Source: Octopus sinensis (taxonomy: Eukaryota). Taken from it: a stretch of 64,000 bases of DNA. Made by a program: the position numbers and the translations under genes. The stretch is from the NCBI RefSeq assembly GCF_006345805.1, contig NC_043015.1, forward strand, positions 50,840,001 to 50,904,000, given 5' to 3'. This document shows positions 39,746-51,642 of this stretch, one piece after another (the stretch's first letter is position 1; each line of letters opens with the position of its first letter). Under the pieces are notes generated by a model. That model was not told the DNA's origin, did no database searches, and saw only the letters and a list, made by a program, of their open reading frames with translations.

Positions 39746-41300
39746 ACAACGACAACAGTTTGTTTTAGAAGTTGTGAAAATGCCATGGGAACGTGTAAAG
39801 CTGCTGGCGCCCATGGCTTCTTCGATAGACATTAGTCTTTGAATGCATAAAAGTAAAATAGGAGAAAAGAGATGGGACTTGGCTCTAATTATTGTGTTCC
39901 TTCCTGAGGACGGAACTCATTATTTATAAACAACCAGAGACTGAGAAAAGCTGTGGGTATCTGTGTTATCTTTTGGCTTCCAGCTTTTACTTGCTTCAGT
40001 CACCAAGCTGTGGCCAAGCTGGAGCACTGTCTTGAAGTGTTTTAAGTGAATGAAATCGGTTCCAGTACTTATTATATTGGACTCTTTTGTTGAACTGCTA
40101 AGTTACAGGGGTGTTACAGGTGCAGTCATGGGTGTGTGGAAAGAAGCTTGCTTCCCAGCCACATGGTTCTGGGTTCGGTCCCACTCCATGGCACTTTGGG
40201 TAAGTGTTTTCTAAAATAGCCTCGAGCTGACAAAAACCTTGTGAGTGGATTTGGTAGACAGAAACTGAAAGAAGCCCTTCATGTGTGTGTATATATATAT
40301 ATATATATATACACACACATTAACATATATATATATAATCATCATCATCATCCAGTGTTTTAAAGTCAGGTTTTGTTCCCATTAATGGGGGTGGCTAGAT
40401 CTACCTTAGTGCCATAGCAACTGAGGTAGGCAGGTGCAGCCCACTCCGACCTTTGGGCTAGCTGGTGCCCATTCTCCTTTGCTATCATTAGACTTTTTTG
40501 GAGCTGGATTTTCTACGGGGAGGATGCTTTCCCCCAACCTCAGTTTCTAGACATGAGTGGTTCTGAGACCAAGGCCTCTACCATGATTTTTAAGAAATGT
40601 GGTGAAAAACTAGCTCAGGAAGGCAGGGACACTACTCCCTGAGACTCCTTTCAAAGCTCCGCTACATAATTAATAATGAAGGATACTACTTGTAGCACCA
40701 GCATGCGAAAAATAGCAGTCAAAATGACTCAAAACCACAGTTTTCATTTGTACACAAGAGCAGAATCAGGCCAATGGGCAGTAAAATTTTAAGACTCCGT
40801 ACCATAGACGGAAAGAATAGAAAATGAAATCAGACATATCCATATCACAGTGATCCTGAACTATGTGAATGATCACTTTGTTCTCATCAGTGAGTAACCC
40901 TGATCTTGTGGCATTAAAAAGTATTATCTAGCACAAGGATGAAGCGGGTAGGTTTTTGACCCTAAATTCTGGGGTCAATTTCTTAGACTAAAACCCTTTA
41001 TGGTAGTGCTCCAGCAAGGCCTCAGTTAAATTTCCTTCTTTCCTTCCTTCCTTCTGTCCTTCTCTTTTTCTCTATTGCTCCCTTTCACTTTCTTACTCTT
41101 CCTTTGTCCCCCCTCTCACTTTCTTTGTCTCTCTATCTCTCCCTCTCTATCTGTATTTCTCCCCATTTGTCTTTCAGCCTTTTCCTGACTCTCTGTTTTT
41201 CTTTCTCTCTGTCTGTCCATCTATCTGTCTGTCTGTCCGTCTGTCTGACTGTCTATCAGTCTGTCTATCTACCTACCTACCTACCTACATACCTACCTAC

Positions 41301-41376
<76 letters not shown>

Positions 41377-41548
41377 TTATCTCTCTCTCTATATATATTT
41401 CTTTCTTTCTATCTATCTATCTATCTATCTTTTTTTTTTTTTTTTTTTAACCTTCAAAAGAAAAGCTCTACCTTGTAATTTGTTCTATCTGTGTGCAGCC
41501 CTGTGTGGCTAATAAAGAAACATATCTATCTATCTCTCTTTCTTTCTA

Positions 41549-41603
<55 letters not shown>

Positions 41604-41610
41604 CTGTTTA

Positions 41611-41665
<55 letters not shown>

Positions 41666-41768
41666 ATATCCCCCCTCTCTGTCTCTCTAATCTCTATCTG
41701 CATCCGTCCTCCTCTCTCGTTGAATGTTTAATTAATTAATTATGCGTTTAATTGCTTTGTTCTTACAG

Positions 41769-41867
41769 TAGCTGTATTTACCAACACCATGACCAGAAGC
41801 TACGCTCAATAAATGTGGACAGTGAATGGAAGACAGTGAACGCATTGAAGAAGAACCAATTGATCAG
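41769..41867 (+). CDS. Divergent tubulin, exon 2
   Basis: ttcttacag acceptor, CAG|gtatga donor; phase 2 in and out; SCIYQHHDQKLRSINVDSEWKTVNALKKNQLI is equivalent to the tubulin RAVLVDxE motif. Confidence 0.9.
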
Positions 41868-41949
41868 GTATGATGTGTCTTTCATATTTCATCTGATACA
41901 ACACATCATCATCATCATCATCGTCATCAATGTCGTTGTCACTACTGCT

Positions 41950-42680
41950 TCCACCACATTTGTACTGTTACCCTTAACTGCTACCTCCACCATCGGACAT
42001 CACTGTTGTCATCATTATCATCATCATCATCATTGTCACCATTGTCACCATGATGATCCTCCTTCCCCTCCTTCTCACTGTTGTCATCGTCATCATCATC
42101 ATCTTCTTCATCATCATTTTCATTACTTTCATCATCATTTTATCATCCTCATTATTATTACCTTCATCGTGGTCATATAGCTTCCCCTCCTCTTCACCCT
42201 CCCCTCTTCCTCCTCCTCCCGTCCTCCTCCTCCTCCCCTCCTTCCCACCTCCACCACCACCACCACCACCTCCTCCTCCTCCCATCCTCCTCATCATTGT
42301 TATCATCATCATTGTCATCATCCCCCTCTCCTCTTCCTCCTTCCACTCTCCTCATCCTCTCTACCACTCCTTCTCCCTCTCCTCATCCACCTCCACCACC
42401 TCCTTCTCCTCCTCCTTCTCCCTCTCCTTCTCCACCTCTTCCTCCCTCTCCCCATACCTCTTCCTTCCTCATCTCCTCATCCCTTCCTCTTTCTCCTCCT
42501 CCCTTCCCTGTCCTCCCATCTCCCTTCTATTACCCCCTCCCTCTGCTCCTCCCCTGCTCCTCCCTTGCTCCCCCCTCCTCCTCACCGCCGCCACCACCAC
42601 CACCACCACCGTCACCACCACAACCGCCACCACCACCGCCGCCACCACCACCACCACCACCACCATCATCATTATCATCA
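41950..42680. repeat. Compound (CAT/CCT/CCA)n low-complexity tract
   Basis: Degenerate triplets producing poly-P/S/H ORFs. Confidence 0.9.
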
Positions 42681-43175
42681 TTGTCCACATTTTGTGTTTT
42701 TTCCTTTTTTTAATGTTTTCTTTTCTCTCTACTTCTCCCCACCTTTTTAAGCCCCGCCATCCTCTCTCCCATTTTCTCCCCCTGTCATCATGTCCCATTG
42801 TGGACCAGCAGCAAACATCCACCTAGAGGCAGTTTTGCAATCATTTCATAACCACTGCAATGTCACATGACCGCTGCAATGTCACATGACCCCAGCTGGA
42901 CGATCTGGGAGGTCATTGAACTGTTCAAACTTTTGATGGTTTTCATTCCTTCATGGCCTGAACACCAGAACATTGACCTCATCCAGCAGCTTATCATACA
43001 CTTAGGTACAATAAACAAATGGTTTGGTAACTTGCAGGATTGAGTTTGAGTTTTAACCAGAAAGAAAAAGAAAAAAATGGTGAAGGATGTTCTTTATGGA
43101 AAATCTTTCAAAATTACGTTTTTGAATTTGCTTTGAATTCATGAGTTGAAAGAGGTATTGTTATTTTTTTGGATA

Positions 43176-43576
43176 CTCTCTTCTACTTGTTTCAGTCATT
43201 TGACTGCAGCCATGCTGGAGCACCGCCTTTAGTCGAGCAAATCGACCCCAGGACTTATTCTTTGTAAACCTAGTACTTATTCTATTGGTCTCTTTTGCCG
43301 AACCGCTAAGTTATGGGGACGTAAACACACCACCATCGGTTGTCAAGCGATGTTAGGGGGACAAACGCAGACACACAAACATACACACACACACACCCAC
43401 ACATATACATATATTCGACGGGCTTCCTTCAGTTTCTGTCTACCAAATCCACTCACAAGGCTTTGGTCGGCCCGAGGCTATAGTAGATGACACTTGCCCA
43501 AGGTGCCACGCAGTGGGAATGAACCCAGAGCCATGTGGTTGGTAAGCGAGCTACTTACCACACAGCCACTCCTGCG
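43176..43576 (-). mobile_element. SINE family A copy
   Basis: Reverse complement of family A. Confidence 0.8.
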
Positions 43577-46500
43577 TCATTTCTTTTTTTGTTTTTCCCA
43601 AATAAACACACACACACTATATATTTGTTCTTCACTCATTTTTTGCTGTTCTTATTTTATCTTATGTCCATTGTCTGGAAATCTTTCATCACACATCTGT
43701 GACCACTTCAGTGATCCTTTCCATTCACATGTATCCTCCTGCTCCATTTAGTCCATTCTATCCAGTGGAGCAAGAAGGATACATGTGGACAGAAAGGGTC
43801 GCTTTCAAAATTATTTTTGATAAATTCATAAAAATTGTAGATGACATTATAGTTAATAATTTGAGTCAAAAAGAGAGAATGTGTGTATATATTAGATATC
43901 TCTATCAGTATCTGTCTGGCTATCTGAATATCATTATAGGTGTGGCTGTGTGGTAAGAAGCTTACTTTCCAACCATGTGGTTCCAGGTTCAGTCCTATTG
44001 CATGGCACCTTGGGCAAGTGTCTTCTACTATAGCCTTGGGCTGGCCAGAGCCTTGTGAATGAATTTGGTAGACGGAAACTGAAAGAAGCCCATCATATAT
44101 ATATATATGTGTGTGTGTATATATATATATATATATACATATTTATATGCCAGCGCTGCCCCGACTGGCCTCTGTGCCGGTAAGACCATCCGAACGTTGC
44201 CAGCGCCGCCTTGGCTGGCTCCCATGCCGCTGGCACGTTAAAAGCTCGAACCGATCGTGACCGATGCCGGACCCCCCGGCCCCTGTGCAGGTGGCACGTA
44301 AAAAGCACCCACTCCACTCGCGGAGTGGTTGGCGTTAGGAAGGGCATCCAGCCGTAGAAACTCTGCCAGATCAGACTGGAGCCTGGAGCGGCCCCTGGCT
44401 TCCCAGACCCCGGTCGAACCGTCCAACCCGTGCTAGCGCGGAAAAACGGACGTTAAACGATGATGATGATGATGATATATATATATATATAAATGTATAT
44501 ATTTATGTGTGTCTTTGTATCACACATATATACACATACATATCTGTATGTGTATGTATATATACATATATATTTGTATACGAGCAAAACGCCCCTCGTC
44601 CAATGGACGGTGCTGAGTTGTCAAACATTTAAACCAAATTTTCTCAAAACAACTTGTCCGACTGTCACATAGGTCTCCTCTTTGAGAAACCCTGATTTAA
44701 CCTAAATTTGAGACACCAGCAAAAGAAGAAATAAAGACAGACTTTTTTTCTATTCCAAAGAAAAACGATTTTATTCACACAATTATGCAAGCGAAGAGTT
44801 TAAAGTACCAGTAATGATAAGGCTGTTGACTGGGAGAACACAAATATGGTTTAAACAGTAAGCTTGGCAGGAAAGAAACGTGCCTTTAAGCTGTACAAAA
44901 ACAACAAAAAATGGAAGGTACAGTTATGTACAGGTTGACGGAAGAAAAGCTGGACAAAAATGGCTTTATCGATCGCATTCTCACCTGGAATCGATTTTTG
45001 TAATTTTTTCAAGATTTATACACGCCCTGGTACTGTCGGTATCTACATATCAAATTTGAGCGCAATCAGATGGAGGATGCCCGAGATTCAAGACACACAC
45101 ACAGACAGACACAAACAAATTTTATATAAGAGATATTTATGTGTGTCTTTGTGTCTGTGTTTGTCCTCCCACCATCATTTGATGTTATCATGCTTACATC
45201 CCCAGGACTTAGTGGTTCAGCAAAAGAGACCAATAGAATAAGTTCTAAGCTTACTAAGAATAAGTCCTGGGGTTGATTTCTTCAACTGAAAACCCTTTAA
45301 GGTGGTGCTCCAGCATGGCCACAGTCAAATGACTGAAACAAGTAAAAGAATAAAAGAAAAGACCAACACACCCACACACACACATACACATACCATGTGG
45401 TTCTTTCAGTTTCCGTTTGCCAAATCCACTCAGAAGGCTTTGGTCAACCCAGGGCTATTGTAGTAGACACTTGGCCAAGGTGCCGTGCAGTGGAACTGAA
45501 CCTGAAACCAAATGGATGCAAAGCAAGCTCCTTAAACCACACATCCACACTTGTGTCGGCCATAAATAAAAAAAAAAAAAACCACAACATCAAAACGAGA
45601 GCTTATCTTCTTAGCATTAAATGACTGATGGATTATCTCACAGAGATAAACGCAGCGTCGTTAAAGCAACAGAGACGATTTATCACATCTTAATTTGAGA
45701 AACTGGAACGACGGTCCTTCATTTGTGTAATTGATAAATGCAGTCACCTAACGAGCTATTGATATATGTATTTTGAGCCCCCACCCCACCCCCCACACAC
45801 ACCGCCACCGCCACCGTTCATCGGTTGGATATGGTTTATCTATTTCCTTTCGAACTGGTGTTTTAATATCTCATATATCACTGACATCTACAAGGCAGAA
45901 GTTAATTCGTTAGATAATCATCAGGAGTTGCTATTTGTAACTTGATAAATCATTCACAAGACAAACAGTTGTAATGTATTATGTGTATGTACTTATGACA
46001 TAGGCGTAGGCGTGGCTGTGTGGGTAACAAGCTTGCTTCCCGACCATGTCGTCTCAGGTTCAGTCCCACTCCATGGCATCTCGAATGACTGTCTTTTGTT
46101 ATAGCCCTGGGTCGACCAAAGCCTTGTAGGTGAATTTGGTAGACGGAAACTGAAAGAAGCCTGGCGTATATATTTTTTTGTCTTTCACTTGTTTCTGTTG
46201 TTGGACTGTGGCCATGCTGGAGCACTGCCTCGAAAAGTTTAATGAAACCTGGTACTTGTTCTGTTGATCTCTTTCGTGCAACTGCTAAGTTATGGGAATG
46301 TAAACAAGCCAACACTTGTTGTCAAGCGGTGAAGGGGAACAGAAACATATGCACATGCACACACACACACACAAGCATGCAAACACACAAACATACACAC
46401 ACTCATGTATTCACACATGCACAAACACACACACGCACACTCACACACACACACATACACACACACATACACACACACGTACAACAGGCTTTCAGTTTCT

Positions 46501-47261
46501 GTCTACCAAACCCACTCACAAGGCTTTGGTCAACCCGAGGCTATAGAAGAAGACACTTGCCCAAGGTGCAACCAAGTAGGACTGAACCCAGAACCTTGTG
46601 GTTGGTAAGCAAGCTACTTACCACACAGTCACTCCTGTGTATGTGTGTGTGTCTGTATGTATTGCTAACATATCTGATTCTTATTTGTCTTTGCTGGTCA
46701 AAGATCTGTCCACAGAGAGCAAAGGAGTCGTATTTGACTTTAAGGATGAAGTCTATCTTGGACCTCACACATAGCTGTGGTACCAGAGTCAGTATCCACC
46801 CCAAATCTTCCAGCCATTTATCTGAGGTACCAACAGGTTAAACTTGCACATATTTTAAGAGTTGTAATGAAAAGAGGATTTGAGGGAACAAAATTCTTGC
46901 CAAAGTCATTAGTGCCATAAGTGACATGATGTTCTTCGATATGGTTGAACAACCGATCCCAACCAATTGGGATTCACAATGTAGGTTGTGCTATTCATCT
47001 TTTCGATTGCTGAACACAAAATGTGGCCTGCAAGACCTCCATTTGGACGTATTTTTCTGAGTCACCCTTTCACCCTTGTTGTACACCAATCTGTCGTAGG
47101 GTTACTCCCATTTCCAGCTGAGTGGACTGGAGCAATATGAAATGAAGTGTCTTGCTCAAGAAGACAATGCGCTGCCCAACCCAGGGATTGAAACCGCAAT
47201 CTTACACATTATCTACATTATTTACATTTGACGGATATTTGTCCTCATCTTGTTTGTTGTT

Positions 47262-47307
47262 AACACAACATTTCAGCTGATATACCCTCCAGCCTTCATC
47301 AGGTGTC
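47262..47307 (-). ncRNA. Type I minimal hammerhead ribozyme motif (core intact, two wobble substitutions)
   Basis: GACAC-CTGATGA-A-GGCTG(loop)CAGCT-GAAA-T-GTT-GTGTT: stem I, core, stem II and the UH cleavage site all in register. Confidence 0.6.
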
Positions 47308-47555
47308 TTGGGGAAATTTCAAACCTGGGTTCTCATTGCTAAGGTATTTTTGATGTTGTTGTTATTATTATTATTATTGTTCAGGTCACTGCCTGGAATT
47401 GCACTTGGAATCTTGGGCATATGGCATAGTGGTTAAGAGCGTGGGCTACTAACCCCAAGATTCTGAGTTCGATTCCAGGCAGCGACCTGAATAATAATAA
47501 TAATAATAATAACATCAAAAAATGGAATGAGAACCCAGGTTCAAAATTTCCCCAA

Positions 47556-47601
47556 GACACCCGATGAAGGCTGGAGTGTATATCAGCCGAAACGTTGTGT
47601 T
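47556..47601 (+). ncRNA. Type I minimal hammerhead ribozyme motif (U4>C core mutation)
   Basis: GACAC-CCGATGA-A-GGCTG(loop)CAGCC-GAAAC-GTT-GTGTT, with the palindromic AACGTT at stem III. Confidence 0.55.
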
Positions 47602-48006
47602 AACAATAAATGGGATGAGGACAAATATCCGTCAAATGTAAATAATGTACATAATTCCTCATCTCTTAAATATAGAAATATAGAACTGCACAATGTTACA
47701 GTCATGAATCCAGCACCCTGACCACTAAGCAATGCAGCTCCACTAGTGGTACTCATTTCTACAGCTGAGCAGACTAGAGCAATGTGAAGTGAAGTGTCTT
47801 GCTCAAGAACACAATGGATCGTCCAGTCTGGGAATTGAAACTACCACGAGTCCAACACCATAGCTACTATGCATACGCCTTCACTCTGTAAGCGAAGTGA
47901 AACAGAAGTAACTGGGATAGAAAACCAGGCTGTGAACTTAGTTTTGATGTGAGTTTACTGTCAACCTTGTGAACAGTTTCATTGAAATGGTTTCTCTCTA
48001 TTTTAG

Positions 48007-48059
48007 GGCCAACAACATTATTCATGGACTTTGTGGACGTGGCAATAACTGGGCCATGG
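48007..48059 (+). CDS. Divergent tubulin, exon 3
   Basis: ctattttag acceptor, G|gtgagt donor; ANNIIHGLCGRGNNWAM is the tubulin GxGNNWA motif. Confidence 0.92.
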
Positions 48060-50111
48060 GTGAGTGTCTCCTTTCTTTAATGTTTCCTGGTTATTCCACC
48101 CCCACCCACCGACACTGTCATGTCTATTAGTGTGGATGGGTTGGATGTTGCTGGAAATTTATATTCTTTTACTGGTTTCAGTCATTTGACTGCGACCATG
48201 CTGGAGCACCACCTCTAGCCGAACAAATCGGCCCCAGGACTTATTCTTTGTAAGCCTAGTACTTATTCTATCGGTCTCTTTTGCCAAACTGCTAAGTGAC
48301 AGAGATGTAAACACACCAACATCGGTTGTCAAGTGATGGTGGTGGGGACAAACACAAACATAAATAACGAACACACACACACACGCACACATACACACAC
48401 ACACACACACATATATATACACAATAGGTGCATGGCTCAGTGGTTAGAGTGTCGAGGTTGTGTGTTCGATTCCCAGACCAAGCTGTGGGTTGTGTTCTTG
48501 AGCAAGACACTTTATTTTTCATGTTGCTCCAGTTCACTCAGTTGTAGAAATGAGTTGTGACATCACAGGTGCCAAGCTGTATTGGTCCTTTGCCATTCCC
48601 TTGGATGACATCGGTGGCATGGAGAGGAGAGGCTGGTATGCATAGGTGACCGCTGCTCTTCCATAAACAACCTTGCCTGGACTTGTGCCTTGGAGGGTAA
48701 CTTTCTAGGTTGCAATCCCATGGTCATTTGTGACCGAAGGGGGTCTCCGAGGCTTCTTTCAGTTTCTATCTACCAAATTCATTCACAAGCTTTGGTCGAC
48801 CCGAGGCTATAGTAGAAGGCACTTGCCCAAGGTGCCACACAGTGGGACTGAACCTGGAACCATGTGGTTGGGAAGCAAGCTACTTACCACACAGCCTCTA
48901 CTGCACCTAAAAGAGAAATTATTCCCAAGCCACATTATAAACATTGACACTAGTTACCACACACACACACACATACACACACACACATGCTCACACTCAC
49001 ACACCTATATGTAGAGGCTAAGTGGGTATTACTGAAACTGGAAATGAGTGATGGGAAACGGGGGGGGGAAGAAAATTGGGAATTTCATTGCTGTGGTGTT
49101 CAAATTCTGCCAAAGTCACCTTTGCCCTTCATTCTTTTGGGGTGTCCATAAAATGAGTGCCAATCAAGTACCGGGTCAACATAATCGACTTGCCCTTCCC
49201 CTCAAAAATAAATAGCAGTGAAGCAGAATGATGGATTAGATTAGTTTACACATGTCCTCCCGCCAAAAACTTATGACCCTCCACCTATCTCAGTAATGCT
49301 TTCTTCTTTATCTAGGTATCATTACAAATCTCCCTTTCATTTGTCTTGTGCTGTTGTGGCGCTAATGCTTCCTTGGAGATGGGAAGGTTTTGTGTAGGGT
49401 TTTCACCGAATTACCCTTGGAGGACTGCCCCATTATCGGGGATTCCGTTTCTTTCTTTCTTCCTTCCTTCCCTTTTTCTTTCTTTTTTCTTTCTTTCTCC
49501 CCTTTTCTTTTCTTTCTTTCTTTCTTCCCTTTTTCTTTCTTCCTTTCTTTCTTTCTTTCTTTTCTTTCTTTATTCATATATTTACCTTTTACCTTTTGTT
49601 TTCATTATTAGACTGTGGCCATGCTGGGGCAACACGCTGAAGAATTTTTAGTCAAACAAACCTACCCTAGTACTTATTTTCATTTTCAGCCTGGCACTTA
49701 TTTTATTAGCCTCTCTTTTGCTGAACTGCTAAGTTACGGGGATGTAAAAGCATCAGCACCAGTTCTGAAACAGTGGTGGGGGACAAACACAGATACACAG
49801 ACACACATGCACACACATGTACACAACATGATTCTTTTAGTTTCCATCTACCAAATTCACTCACAAGGCTTTGGTGAGCCCAAAGGCTATAGTTGAAGAC
49901 CCTTGCCCAATGTGCCACATAGTGGGACTGAATCCAAAATCACGTGGTTGGGAAGCAAGCTTCTTACCATCCTTTGTTATTTCTTTATTGTTGTTTTGCT
50001 CCCTTCTTATTGATGCAAATCCTATCCTTTTCTCTGTTGTATTTCATCTTTTGAAGAAGTCCTCAATGTCGTTGGGCCCTTGTTGGCCAATGAAAAGACC
50101 CATTATTATAT

Positions 50112-50441
50112 AATGTCACCTTCTTCGTTATGTCATCTTTTTCATTATGTCACCTTTTTCTTTATATCACCTTCGTTATGCCACCTTCTTCATTATGTCA
50201 CCTTTGTTATGTCACCTTCGTTATGCCACCTTCTTCGTTATGTCACCTCCTTCATTATGTCACCTTTTTCATTATGTCACCTTCTTCGTTATGTCACCTC
50301 CTTCATTATGTCACCTTCTTCGTTATGTCACCTTCTTTGTTATGTCACTTCTTCATTGTGTCACCTTTCTCATTATGTCACCTTCTTCATTATGTCACCT
50401 TCTTCGTTATGTCACCTTTCTCATTATGTCACCTTCTTCAG
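50112..50441 (+). repeat. ~17-nt minisatellite (TTATGTCACCTTCTTCR) x ~19, abutting the exon 4 acceptor
   Basis: Tandem units read directly; the last unit ends in the acceptor CAG. Confidence 0.9.
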
Positions 50442-50520
50442 GTTATTATGGTTTGAATGATCCACAAGAAAAAGACATTCTCCAGAAGACACTCCAAAGT
50501 GTACGAAAGGAAAGTGAACG
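50442..50520 (+). CDS. Divergent tubulin, exon 4
   Basis: ttcttcag acceptor, CG|gtaata donor; phase 1 in, phase 2 out; GYYGLNDPQEKDILQKTLQSVRKESE(R). Confidence 0.9.
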
Positions 50521-51563
50521 GTAATATCAGTTTGTTGCTATTGTTGTTTAACCACAGGCCTGAAGCACCAACCCTAAGTGAGCCAGCTGCCCTATGATGC
50601 CCTCTAGGGTGTTCTTTCATCTTGTGGGTTTAATGTTTTAGTTTAGACAAATTTCACACCAGTGGCAGAGGCAAGAAAAAAGAAAATTGCACTCAATGCG
50701 CACTCTGAGGTGATTGGCATAAGGAAGGGCATCCAGCTGCAGAAACCATGCTGAAGCAGAATATTGGAGCACGATGCTGTCACCTTGGGCCCATCGGATC
50801 CTGTGTTAATGTCCACGTTCTATGCCTGCAGGGAGCATAAGCATTGAATGATGACAATGATGATAATGGGGTGTGGTGGTGGTGATGATGATGACAGCGA
50901 TGACGACGATAACAATTATACAAATGTGTCCATCTGTTTTAATTTAATCAAATTCTATGTCTTTGTGCAGCTGAGGATTGCTCTACATTTAAATTGATGT
51001 AATGGTTGCATTATTCGATTAAATGGAGTTGCTTGAAACGATCATACTGCATTACCTATGGATATCCTGTTGCTTATGTTGAATATATATATATATATAT
51101 ATATATAAAGATATATTTATTTATATATTGTGTTTGTTTTAGTCCTGTAGGACAGTTTTCATTCTCCTTTGCATTACTCCACTCTTGTCTGTCTGCTAAT
51201 CCACGGTTTTTTTATTGTATATGTATTATTATTATTATTATTATTGTTTATTTTGTTGTCTTCACCTGGCCTATGGCCATATTCTGTTTATTTCATTTGT
51301 TTTGTCCCTCGTTTTTCCTTGTTTGTCCATCTTGTTTTGTTATGTTTTCTGGCCGCATTCCCAGTAAGTTCTCTTGCTGGTTGCCTCCAGGCTGGATGCA
51401 ATATTATCGATAATGTCATGAAATTGTGCCTGGCGCCTTGTCCAATAACTGATGAGGGATTTGTGACCTTCTATGTTTGTTCTCCATTTGTCTATGCAGT
51501 CAGTGCATTTAGTATGTCTTTCTATCCATTTGTTTATTACTATATAATGCGTCTGAGTTCTGA

Positions 51564-51600
<37 letters not shown>

Positions 51601-51642
51601 TATAAAAATACATACACACATACATATATATATATATATATA

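Larger units (their letters stand above)
47216..47688. mobile_element. Head-to-head pair of a tRNA-headed element carrying a Penelope-type hammerhead motif
   Basis: About 200-bp inverted arms (47216-47417 and 47454-47648); tRNA-like head at 47415-47490; CTGATGA/GAAA cores in both arms. Confidence 0.75.

Noticed and set aside
39302-39832. E/K-rich 109-aa ORF resembling a coiled-coil protein
   Set aside because: Purine microsatellite in tubulin intron 1; no credible splice sites
41826-41867. Apparent start exon MEDSERIEEEPIDQ
   Set aside because: Alternative frame of tubulin exon 2; the tubulin frame fits the phases and motifs
47415-47490. Possible tRNA gene
   Set aside because: Acceptor and anticodon stems pair poorly; it is the head of a repeat element
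50080-50524. Three overlapping MSPSSLCHLLRYVTFF ORFs
   Set aside because: 17-nt minisatellite read in three frames; only 50442-50520 is exon
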